Shown: positions 12,276 to 22,099 of the stretch, one piece after another
How the letters are laid out: each line of letters opens with the position of its first letter
Numbering within the stretch: position 1 is the first letter of the stretch
Source of the DNA: Yuukianura sp. NJ FZ-2021
Taxonomy: Eukaryota
Length of the DNA: 64,000 nucleotides
Reading direction: 5' to 3'
Assembly (NCBI GenBank): GCA_046563655.1
Contig: JAJCTO010000012.1
Location: 62,001-126,000, forward strand
The notes under the pieces: model-generated
The model's input: only the letters and a program-made list of their open reading frames with translations
What the model was told of the DNA's origin: nothing
Database searches by the model: none
Made by a program: the position numbers and the translations under genes

Positions 12276-15200
12276 TTGTTCTCGTCAGCTCCAGCTTCCA
12301 ATTTCTCCCACTCGTCATCCAATTATTCTCATTGCTACTCGCCAAAAGTTTCATTCAATAACGAAGACGCTTCCGCTTCGTCATCAGCTACATCATTTCC
12401 TGCATCCAGTGAAGACATCTCCAGTCTGTCGTCAGTCCCTGACTACAGTGACAACAACTCCAGACTGCTGTCCGTTCCAGAATCCAGTAAACACATCTCC
12501 AGTTTGACGTCAGCCCCTGAATACAGTGAAAACATCTCCAGTCTGCTGTCCGTTCCAGAATCCAGTAAACACATCTCCAGTGTGACGTCATTTCCTGCAT
12601 CCAATGAAGACATTTCCAGCCTGTCGTATGTTCCAGAATCCAGTGAACACATCTCCAGTTTGACGTCAGTCCCTGTCAGTCAGTCAGTCCCTGAATCCAG
12701 TGAAAACATCTCCAGTCTGCCGCCCGTTCCAGATTCCAGTGAAAACACCTCCAGTCCGCCATCCGTTCCAGAATCCAGTGAACACATCTCCAATATTACG
12801 TCAGTTCCAGCATCCAGTGAAGGCATTTCAAGTCTGTCAGGTTCATCTCAGGAAACTTCGACGTCCTCAGCACCATTTGCCAATTTTACCAACTTGTCAA
12901 ACCACATCCGGCTCACTGAAGAATGGATTTTATCCAACATTACCTCCTCTTCTGGCTCAACGATTAAGAAACACGACCTCAAATCAAGATACCGTGAGTA
13001 CTGTGATTCAAACAAAATTCGTCCTGTTGTTGATGCTACATTGGGATCCAAGCTACTCAAGCTATTCCCTGAGATGACCACCACTCGTGCAAGTGGCCGT
13101 AGACACGCTGATCGGTCTTACAGTGGTATCTGCTGGATTAACTCTCCTTCTGACACACCCGATCCTTCTCCTAACGTTGACTTTGGATTTCTGCTCGCCA
13201 AATTGAAAACTTCGGTTCCAATACTCAAACACGTTCCAAAAGGTGCAAGACGTTCAACCGCCGAGTGTCTGTCTAAATTCATCAACGATGTCATTTCAAC
13301 AAACTCAATCAAATCCTGGCATAATCTTCTGCTCTTCCCGTTCTTCGCCCTTTCTGCTCCTATGAAGTCTGACAACGCTCCTAATTTGACCAATTGGGTT
13401 AAGTCGAACATCTCAACTCTTACTACTTCCTCAATCTTGGATGCTCAATCAATTTCACACTTCAAGACAACGCCTCGCCCTACTCCAATCAGATCTTCAG
13501 AACACAAACACTCCTCTATGATTTTATCAAAATTAGCGGATGGTGACGTCAGTGGCGCTGTTCGTTTACTTTGTTCTGATGACTCTTTGGCTCCTGAAAA
13601 TGAAGCCACTTTGGATTCTCTCAAATCCTTACACCCTCCACACCCTGAGCCGATTCAACGTGTTGATCAACCTCAATCAGATCCAATACACTTTGAAGAA
13701 CTGCAAGTTTCCAAATGCATCTCTACATTTCGCAATGGCTCTGCTGGCGGTCTGGATTCACTTCGCCCCCAAATTCTCAAGGAACTGATCTCAAAATCAA
13801 CAGGAGACGCCGGAAGTAACCTCCTTTCATCAATTACAAATTTTTGCAATCTTGTTACAAACCAACCCTTGCCTGAAGACATTCTTCCTCTCTTCTTTGG
13901 CGCATCTCTCGTGGCTATTGAAAAGAAAAAAGGAGGCGTTCGTCCTATTGCTATTGGATTAGCTTGGCGCCGCCTTATTTCAAAACTTGTTCTGTCAAGA
14001 ATGATGAAGGACCTCACTACTTACCTAAGTCCAACTCAGGTAGGTGTTGGTGTCAAGAATGGCGCCGAAGCCGTAGCCCACTCTGCTAGAATCTACATCA
14101 ACTCGCAACACTCCTCTGCCAAGGTGATGCTAAAACTTGACTTTAAGAACGCTTTCAACATCCTCAGACGAGATCAAATGCTGCAAGCCGTCAAGAGCAA
14201 GTTCCCACCGTTTCTTCACTACATTTCCCAATGTTATTCCGCTGACACTGACCTGTTCTACGGTGTGTCCCGCATAAAGTCCAGCCTCGGTGTACAGCAG
14301 GGAGACCCACTTGGCCCAGCTTTATTCGCTTTGACTGTTCATCCTCTTGCGACCTCCATCGAGTCTGAGTTTAACGTTTGGTATCTGGATGATGCTACAA
14401 TCGCAGACTCTCCTGATTCAGTCCTCTGCCATCTGGAAGAAATTTCCAAGAAAGCTGCTTCTTTTGGTCTTGAACTCAACACCAAAAAATGTGAAATCAT
14501 CATCATCGGTGCGTGTCAATCTGAGTGTCATTCAATCGCCACCCGCTTTCGTTCTTTCGCCCCGGATATTAGCGTCTGTGATGAAGAACATGCTGAACTT
14601 CTTGGTGCGCCCCTAACCAAAGCTTCATGCCGCCGCATCCTTCAACTCAAGACTCAAGATTTCAAACAAATTTCGTCTAAACTCGCCATCCTCCCGGCTC
14701 ATGCTGCCCTCTTTCTTCTAAGAGCTTCGGTCTCCACTCCGAGATTACTCTACTTTCTACGCTGCTTCCCGTCGTTCTTAGAAGAAGACCTACTACTCTC
14801 CTACGACCTGTCTCTTCGAGAAGTTTTAACCAATATCTTGAACATCAGTATGTCTGAGACGGCTTGGCTTCAATCATCACTTCCGGTCACCCAGGGCGGT
14901 CTCGGGATTCGACACGCTGCGGATTATGCTACTCTCTCTTTTTTGGCCTCAATCCACAGCTGCTCTAATCTCGTGGAACTCTTTCTACCACCTGACCATT
15001 CTCCTTTCGAGAAAGACTTTGAAGTTGCATCAAGACAATGGATTGAGAATGGACTAAAGATTCCTGAAGTCCCCAAGCTGCAACACCACTGGGATCTTGA
15101 ACTTAGCCGTCATTCGTACAATCAACTACTACAACACACTACCTCTCTGGCTGACAAGGCTCGACTGCTTGCTGTGGCTTCTCCTCATTCGGGTGATTGG

Positions 15201-15881
15201 CTCAATGCTCTTCCTGCCGCGCAATTTGGAACTCTACTCTCCAACGACTGCCTCAGAATTGCTTGTGCCCTTCGCCTTGGAGGTGATATCTGCTTATCTC
15301 ACATCTGTAAATGCGGAGCTCAAGTTTCGACCGACGGTCTGCATGGTCTTAGCTGCCAGAAAAGCGCTGGACGTCTTTCAAGACACAATTCAGTCAATGA
15401 CTTGATCCACAGAGCTCTCCAGTCGGCTGGAATTCCATGTCTAAAGGAACCCCCTGGTTGTTCCAGATCTGATGGCAAACGGCCGGACGGAGTAACCCTC
15501 ATCCCCTGGAAAGCTGGACGATGTTTAGTTTGGGATTTTACCTGTAGAGACACCTTCGCAACTTCGTATTTGCAACTCTCTTCATCTAATCCAGGATATG
15601 CTGCTTTCCTAGCCGAGAACCAGAAACACAACCTTTACGCTGACATGGAAAATCAATTCATCGTGGGCATCATTGCAGTCGAAACTTCCGGAGTTTTCGG
15701 TGAGGAAGGTTTAAAGCTCATCAAATCCATCGGACGTCGCATCGCTGATTACACCGACATCCAGAAATCAACCACGTTCCTTTTACAACAAATCAGCCTA
15801 GCCATTCAACGTGGTAACTCAGCCTCAATTCTTGGAACTCTACCTCCAGGAAAAAATCTAGACGATATATTCTACTTTTAG
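12276..15881 (+). CDS. Retrotransposon protein: Ser-rich repeats, RFX-like winged helix, RT, CCHC knuckle and PD-(D/E)xK endonuclease
   Basis: Uninterrupted 1201 codons from a TTG; GGVRPIAIG, LDFKNAFN, GVQQGDPLGP, WYLDD, GGLGI, CKCG..HGLSC..RHN, KRPDG..WDFT, AENQK..Y, VETSG, IQRGN. Confidence 0.93.
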   Translation: MFSSAPASNFSHSSSNYSHCYSPKVSFNNEDASASSSATSFPASSEDISSLSSVPDYSDNNSRLLSVPESSKHISSLTSAPEYSENISSLLSVPESSKHISSVTSFPASNEDISSLSYVPESSEHISSLTSVPVSQSVPESSENISSLPPVPDSSENTSSPPSVPESSEHISNITSVPASSEGISSLSGSSQETSTSSAPFANFTNLSNHIRLTEEWILSNITSSSGSTIKKHDLKSRYREYCDSNKIRPVVDATLGSKLLKLFPEMTTTRASGRRHADRSYSGICWINSPSDTPDPSPNVDFGFLLAKLKTSVPILKHVPKGARRSTAECLSKFINDVISTNSIKSWHNLLLFPFFALSAPMKSDNAPNLTNWVKSNISTLTTSSILDAQSISHFKTTPRPTPIRSSEHKHSSMILSKLADGDVSGAVRLLCSDDSLAPENEATLDSLKSLHPPHPEPIQRVDQPQSDPIHFEELQVSKCISTFRNGSAGGLDSLRPQILKELISKSTGDAGSNLLSSITNFCNLVTNQPLPEDILPLFFGASLVAIEKKKGGVRPIAIGLAWRRLISKLVLSRMMKDLTTYLSPTQVGVGVKNGAEAVAHSARIYINSQHSSAKVMLKLDFKNAFNILRRDQMLQAVKSKFPPFLHYISQCYSADTDLFYGVSRIKSSLGVQQGDPLGPALFALTVHPLATSIESEFNVWYLDDATIADSPDSVLCHLEEISKKAASFGLELNTKKCEIIIIGACQSECHSIATRFRSFAPDISVCDEEHAELLGAPLTKASCRRILQLKTQDFKQISSKLAILPAHAALFLLRASVSTPRLLYFLRCFPSFLEEDLLLSYDLSLREVLTNILNISMSETAWLQSSLPVTQGGLGIRHAADYATLSFLASIHSCSNLVELFLPPDHSPFEKDFEVASRQWIENGLKIPEVPKLQHHWDLELSRHSYNQLLQHTTSLADKARLLAVASPHSGDWLNALPAAQFGTLLSNDCLRIACALRLGGDICLSHICKCGAQVSTDGLHGLSCQKSAGRLSRHNSVNDLIHRALQSAGIPCLKEPPGCSRSDGKRPDGVTLIPWKAGRCLVWDFTCRDTFATSYLQLSSSNPGYAAFLAENQKHNLYADMENQFIVGIIAVETSGVFGEEGLKLIKSIGRRIADYTDIQKSTTFLLQQISLAIQRGNSASILGTLPPGKNLDDIFYF
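12400..12840 (+). repeat. Coding 39-bp (13-aa) tandem repeat, consensus about SSEHISSLTSVPE
   Basis: About 11 degenerate copies of ATCCAGTGAACACATCTCCAGT...GTTCCAGA. Confidence 0.9.
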
Positions 15882-17045
15882 CCTTGTTTGTAAAAATAAA
15901 AACAAAAATAATTCTTTATTGAAAAAAAAGTTAAAGAGTTTTAAGGAAAGAAGAAAGTAAAAGTCAAAAGTTTGAATTTTCGAAAAAAAAAAAAAAAGTT
16001 TTAAGTTTTAAGTAGTTAATGGTAATGGTAAAATGGTAACATGCAATTCATCGTTTGTGTGAACCTGGTTTAAACTTGAGATGAAAACGGTTTTTTCTTC
16101 GCTTTGGAAATGTTTCAACAATTTTGTTGAAAAAATGCCTTATGTCCACTCTAGTTAAAAGAAAAAAAAATCGAATCGTCATGGTTACTCTATGTCTGCA
16201 TTGTACTCAAAATATTTTTAAACAACGAAGTTCTGACATTATCTTTAGTTACGTTGTTAAATTAAGACTGATTAGAGGGTAGAAAAATTCGGCTTCAATG
16301 TTTACTATGTGAATAGTGAATGACAGGTGTCAAATTTGCATTTACTGTAAATTTTTATAATTTCGATTTTAAACAATCGATATTGGACCCCTCCACCTCA
16401 ACGCTCGATTTTGTACATTGTGCACACATTTAAATCTTTAATTGCACAGTTATTTTGACGCTAGAGGATACACATTGTTATGTCAAATCTAGGAATTTGT
16501 GAATACCTGTTAACAACTGCACAACATCTGGTATACGCTGTTGTTACTACTGCATTGCCATGGCAACCTTGGAATTATGTTGTGTGCATGTTGCTTTCTG
16601 AATTTTAACAATTTCAACGACACTATTTTGATAATGCTGGGTAAAAGACGTTGTTATGTAAATAATACCAGTTTGTGCATTCTCTAGAACGATTGCACAC
16701 CATCGTTAACGATAGTGCAAAACCTGGGAACAATTATTGTTCACCAAACCAATTATTTTTGAAGAGAATAAAAATTGTGCAGAGCGTAATTTTTGCAACA
16801 TTTTAATGCAAACGGTTTTTTAAGCTTTTTTTATGCTACTAGACAATTTAGTGCAACTAATGCACAATATAGGACTTCATATCCGAACTAAAAACTTTGA
16901 GCGACGTTTTGCAGCATGAAATGCATGAAAAAGGTTTCTCATCCTTTTGTTCAACGGGTTTTGCGTTCGGCCGATGTAAGTCTTATCAACGGTCAACTCC
17001 TCCAGATGACCTATGCTCAACAATTGAGCATCGCCCTACCTTGTT

Positions 17046-17230
17046 GTTAAAAGGGCCGTAGCTTGACAGTTAGGTCCTCCATTTTTTGTTAAAAGGGGGA
17101 TGGCTTGACAGTTAGCTCCTCCCTTTTTTGTTAAAAGGGGCGTGGCTTGACAGCTAGCTCATCCCCAAAGGGCGTGGCTGGACAGTTAGCTCCGCCCCAA
17201 GGGGCGTGGCTCGGCAGTTAGCTCCGCTTC
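17046..17230. repeat. 32-bp GC-rich minisatellite, 5 units
   Basis: AAGGGGCGTGGCTTGACAGTTAGCTCCGCC(T/C)C; some units about 42 bp with TTTTTTGTTAA. Confidence 0.9.
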
Positions 17231-18352
17231 TTTTTAGTCTTCTGGAGACGCATGTCTACGACATGTTGAAGAAGACTATTGATACGACTTTGTCCGTCCG
17301 TCCTTTCTGTAGCCTTTTTTTAGAACCCTTTCCACTGAAACATAAGCCTCATCGCAGTCTGGGGGTTATATATCCTTCAAATGTTTTCATTAGGTCTTCC
17401 TTCCACTAAAATTCTAAAATTAACAACAAGAAATGGCGGCTACGTTATGTTTCTGATTCTTAAGTCCTCAAAATTTTTGTCGTAGGTCTGCATTGTACTC
17501 AAAATATTTTTAAACAACGAAGTTCTCATCTCTTATTTTCTGACATTATCTTTAGTTACGTTGTTAAATTAAGACTGATTAGAAGGTAGAAAAATTCGGC
17601 TTCAATGTTTACTATGTGAATAGTGAATGACAGGTGTCAAATTTGCATTTACTATAAATTTTTATAATTTCGATTTTAAACAATCGATATTGGACCCCTC
17701 CACCTCAACGCTCGATTTTGTACATTGTGCACACATTTAAATCTTTAATTGCACAGTTATTTTGACGCTAGAGGATACACATTGTTATGTCAAATCTAGG
17801 AATTTGTGAATACCTGTTAACAACTGCACAACATCTGGTATACGCTGTTGTTACTACTGCATTGCCATGGCAACCTTGGAATTATGTTGTGTGCATGTTG
17901 CTTTCTGAATTTTAACAATTTCAACGACACTATTTTGATAATGCTGGGTAAAAGACGTTGTTATGTAAATAATACCAGTTTGTGCATTCTCTAGAACGAT
18001 TGCACACCATCGTTAACGATAGTGCAAAACCTGGGAACAATTATTGTTCACCAAACCAATTATTTTTGAAGAGAATAAAAATTGTGCAGAGCGTAATTTT
18101 TGCAACATTTTAATGCAAACGGTTTTTTAGGCTTTTTTTTATGCTACTAGACAATTTAGTGCAACTAATGCACAATATAGGACTTCATATCCGAACTAAA
18201 AACTTTGAGCGACGTTTTGCAGCATGAAATGCATGAAAAAGGTTTTTCATCCTTTTGTTCAACGGTTTTGCGTTCGGCCGATGTAAGTCTTATCAATGGT
18301 CAACTCCTCCAGATGACCTATGCTCAACAATTGAGCATCGCCCTACCTTGTT

Positions 18353-18831
18353 GTTAAACGGGCCGTAGCATGACAGTTAAGTCCTCCCTTTTTTGTTAAA
18401 AGGGGAGTGGCTTGACAGTTAGCTACTTTCTTTTTTGTTAAAAGGGGCGTGGCTTGACAGTTAGCTACTCCCTTTTTTGTTAAAAGGGGCGTGGCTTGAC
18501 AGTTAGCTCCGCCTCAAGGGGCGTCGCTTGACAGTTAGCTCCGCCTCAAGGGGCGTGGCTTGACAGTTAGCTCCGCCTCAAGGGGCGTCGCTTGACAGTT
18601 AGCTCCGTCTCAAGGGGAATGGCTTGACAGTTAACTCCGCCTCAAGGGGTGTGGCTTGACAGTTAGCTCCTCCCCAAGGGGCGTGGCTTGACAGTTAGCT
18701 CCACCCAAAAGGGCGTGGCTTGGCAGTTAGCTCCTCCCCAAGGGGCGTGGCTTGACAGCTCCGCCCAACAGGGCGTAACTGGACAGTTAGCTCCGCCCCA
18801 AGGGGCGTGGCGCGACAGTTAGCTCCGCTTC
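18353..18831. repeat. 32-bp minisatellite, 14 units
   Basis: Same unit, counted by eye. Confidence 0.9.
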
Positions 18832-19947
18832 TTTTTAGTCTTCTGGAGACGCATGTCTACGACATGCTGAAAAAGACTATTGATACGACTTTGTCCGTCC
18901 GTTCTTTCTGTAGCCTTTTTTTAGAGCCCTTTCCACTGAAACATAAGCCTCATCGCAGTCGGGGGTTATATATCCCTCAAATGTTTAGGTCTTCCTTCCA
19001 CTAAAATTCTAAAATTAACAAGAAGAAATGGCGGCTACATTATGTTTCTGATTCTTAAGTCCTCAAAATTTTTGTCGTAGGTCTGCATTGTACTCAAAAT
19101 ATTTTTAAACAACGAAGTTCTCATCTCTTATTTTCTGACATTATCTTTAGTTACGTTGTTAAATTAAGACTGATTAGAAGGTAGAAAAATTCGGCTTCAA
19201 TGTTTACTATGTGAATAGTGAATGACAGGTGTCAAATTTGCATTTACTATAAATTTTTATAATTTCGATTTTACACAATCGATATTGGACCCCTCCACCT
19301 CAACGCTCGATTTTGTACATTGTGCACACATTTAAATCTTTAATTGCACAGTTATTTTGACGCGAGAGGATACACATTGTTATGTCAAATCTAGGAATTT
19401 GTGAATACCTGTTAACAACTGCACAACATCTGGTATACGCTGTTGTTACTACTGCATTGCCATGGCAACCTTGGAATTATGTTGTGTGCATGTTGCTTTC
19501 TGAATTTTAACAATTTCAACGACACTATTTTGATAATGCTGGGTAAAAGACATTGTTATGTAAATAATACCAGTTTGTGCATTCTCTAGAACGATTGCAC
19601 ACCATCGTTAACGATAGTGCAAAACCTGGGAACAATTATTGTTCACCAAACCAATTATTTTTGAAGAGAATAAAAATTGTGCAGAGCGTAATTTTTGCAA
19701 CATTTTAATGCAAACGGTTTTTTAAGCTTTTTTTATGCTACTAGACAATTTAGTGCAACTAATGCACAATATAGGACTTCATATCCGAACTAAAAACTTT
19801 GAGCGACGTTTTGCAGCATGAAATGCATGAAAAAGGTTTTTCATCCTTTTGTTCAACGGTTTTGCGTTCGGCCGATGTAAGTCTTATCAATGGTCAACTC
19901 CCTCCAGATGACCTATGCTCAACAATTGAGCATCGCCCTACCTTGTT

Positions 19948-20586
19948 GTTAAACGGGCCGTAGCATGACAGTTAAGTCCTCCCTTTTTTGTTAAAAGGGG
20001 AGTGGCTTGACAGTTAGCTACTTTCTTTTTTGTTAAAAGGGGCGTGGCTTGACAGTTAGCTACTCCCTTTTTTGTTAAAAGGGGCGTGGCTTGACAGTTA
20101 GCTCCGCCTCAAGGGGCGTCGCTTGACAGTTAGCTCCGCCTCAAGGGGCGTGGCTTGACAGTTAGCTCCGCCTCAAGGGGCGTCGCTTGACAGTTAGCTC
20201 CGCCTCAAGGGGCGTGGCTTGACAGTTAGCTCCGTCTCAAGGGGAATGGCTTGACAGTTAACTCCGCCTCAAGGGGTGTGGCTTGACAGTTAGCTCCTCC
20301 CCAAGGGGCGTGGCTTGACAGTTAGCTCCACCCAAAAGGGCGTGGCTTGGCAGTTAGCTCCTCCCCAAGGGGCGTGGCTTGACAGTTAGCTCCTCCCCAA
20401 GGGGCGTGGGTTGACAGTTAGCTCCGCCCCAAGGGGCGTGGCTTGACAGTTAGCTCCTCCCCAAGGGGCATGGCTTGACAGTTAGCTCCTCCCCAAGGGG
20501 CGTGGCTTGACAGCTCCGCCCAACAGGGCGTAACTGGACAGTTAGCTCCGCCCCAAGGGGCGTGGCGCGACAGTTAGCTCCGCTTC
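19948..20586. repeat. 32-bp minisatellite, about 19 units
   Basis: Same unit; 160 bp longer than the previous array. Confidence 0.9.
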
Positions 20587-21089
20587 TTTTTAGTCTTCTG
20601 GAGACGCATGTCTACGACATGCTGAAAAAGACTATTGATACGACTTTGTCCGTCCGTTCTTTCTGTAGCCTTTTTTTAGAGCCCTTTCCACTGAAACATA
20701 AGCCTCATCGCAGTCGGGGGTTATATATCCCTCAAATGTTTTCATTAGGTCTTCCTTCCACTAAAATTCTAAAATTAACAAGAAGAAATGGCGGCTACAT
20801 TATGTTTCTGATTTTTAAGTCCTCAAAATTTTTGTAGTAGGTCTGCATTGTACTCAAAATATTTTTAAACAACGAAGTTCTGATCTACTTATTTTCTGAC
20901 ATTATCTTTAGTTACGTTGTAATGAGTTGTATGTAATGTAACGGAATTGTCGGAAAATTGGCGGAAAAAATTGTTTGCATTCAATTTTTATAAAATTGGT
21001 ATTAGTACAGTATTAGTTTTGTATTGGTATTAGTATTGGTACAAGAGGTATTGAACAACCTCTTGTAGCAACACAATTGGTTGTTATAG

Positions 21090-21290
21090 CAACCTTGGTT
21101 CGATGCTTTGAATGGCGGCCTGCCCACCAGCAGTTCAAAACATATTGTGCCCAGAGATCCGCCTTGCCCTCGTATTTTCCGTATCTCAGTGTCTCTGATG
21201 CCATGTACAGCGGAGACCCGGACAATGTGTTGGCCATATTCATTGTTGATGTATCTTGTAAATCCAAAATCTCCAAACTTCAGCATGAAT
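21090..21290 (-). pseudogene. ULK/Atg1-like Ser/Thr kinase fragment (subdomains VII-IX)
   Basis: Across frameshifts: [11 protein letters not shown] / [21 protein letters not shown] / [18 protein letters not shown]. Confidence 0.8.
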
Positions 21291-21319
21291 AAATCGAAAC
21301 ACTCTCTGCTGATGGCGGA

Positions 21320-21472
21320 GGGGGAGGACGTGAGCACAACAACATCAACGAGCCATAATGGTATGAAGACGATGAACCAGTTCCAATTAGCACGCTGATC
21401 CAGTCGGATGACCAGGAGTATCAAAAAACAACCGTGGAACCAAGTAAGAAGGACACGGTGGAGAAAAGACAT
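21320..21472 (-). pseudogene. TMEM60: TMEM60-like N-terminal fragment
   Basis: MSFLHRVLLTWFHGCFLILLVIRLDQRANWNWFIVFIPLWLVD matches the TMEM60 start as I recall it. Confidence 0.75.
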
Positions 21473-22099
21473 TTAGCTACCGATAGTAATTCTACCAACG
21501 AAAAGTGTATCCAATGATGTCAATGCTTTGCTGTACTGGTTTCCTGTCCAGCGTGATACTCACGTCGTTATCGTCATCACTTTTGTGTATTTTCTGTCAG
21601 TCTGGAATGAACAAGATTCAACTTTAGTAATTTCTATTTACAAGTTAGTTTGTGCTCGAAAAGTCAAGTCGTAATAATAAGACCATAAGATTTTAACTGT
21701 GTAGTCGCCTAACCAAGTTGTCCGTTTAGTAATCGTTGTCCGTCGCTTTTATAACCTTGTCCAAGATTCTTTCACGTCAATCTAAGCCTTCCGACAAAAT
21801 AACAGAGCAAACAGCAATAATTGACTTCATTCTACTAATTGTAAGATTTAAAAGCTGTGTGAAAACACGAAGAAATCAATCTTATTTAGCCAAAGGGGTG
21901 CAACGAATCCTGAAAATCCGCAGACCAATATGCAACATCCGAATGACAATTTCGATGTATTACAAAAGCCAAAAAATTGGAAGAAGAGGAAGAGGCCCCA
22001 GTGATGCTGAAATTGCAGAGAACACTGGCTGTGTGGTTGGGAAAACCGATGCAGTAGACGAGTAACCCGGAAAGCTTCGATGCCAAATGATGAAACGAA

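Larger units (their letters stand above)
12267..16003 (+). mobile_element. CRE-like (restriction-like endonuclease) non-LTR retrotransposon
   Basis: Single long ORF, A-rich 3' tail with a poly(A) run near 15983-15997, 15-bp direct repeat AGTTTTAAGTAGTTA at 12252-12266 and 16004-16018. Confidence 0.88.
11807..16194. mobile_element. hAT-type non-autonomous DNA transposon (about 636 bp when empty) containing a CRE-like retrotransposon
   Basis: TIRs CATAGAGTAACCATGACGATTCG.../...CGAATCGTCATGGTTACTCTATG, near-perfect for about 75 bp and imperfect to about 150 bp; 8-bp TSD TCTGCATT at 11799-11806 and 16195-16202; the sister units show the empty site. Confidence 0.92.
11470..17045 (+). mobile_element. 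HINE/DINE-like non-autonomous Helentron-associated element, copy 0, split by the hAT MITE at 11807-16194
   Basis: 5' TTTTAGTCTTCTGGAG with nearby inverted AGAAGACTA, (GTCY)n microsatellite at about 11530, 3' degenerate subTIR CTCCAGATGACCTA, stem-loop ATGCTCAA-CAA-TTGAGCAT, end CTTGTT. Confidence 0.7.
16195..20920. repeat. Tandem macro-repeat: HINE-like element plus minisatellite; periods 1292, 1595 and 1760 bp plus a partial copy
   Basis: TCTGCATTGTACTC recurs at 16195, 17487, 19082 and 20842; units are near-identical apart from minisatellite length; HINE copies at 17231-18352, 18832-19947 and 20587-20920 (truncated). Confidence 0.95.

Noticed and set aside
16400..16930. Many TGCAC motifs including three TGCACAC (metal response element cores)
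   Set aside because: They lie inside a repeat with no target gene and are more simply degenerate internal repeats
18353..20586. 32-bp repeats resembling a CRISPR array
   Set aside because: Units are contiguous with no unique spacers, there are no cas genes, and the context is eukaryotic
17206..20837. Three repeated MARQLAPLLF ORFs
   Set aside because: GTG starts in the minisatellite, read across the element boundary and end differently in each copy
16195..20920. Retrozyme or hammerhead ribozyme in the tandem array
   Set aside because: No CTGANGA...GAAA core with flanking stems found by eye on either strand
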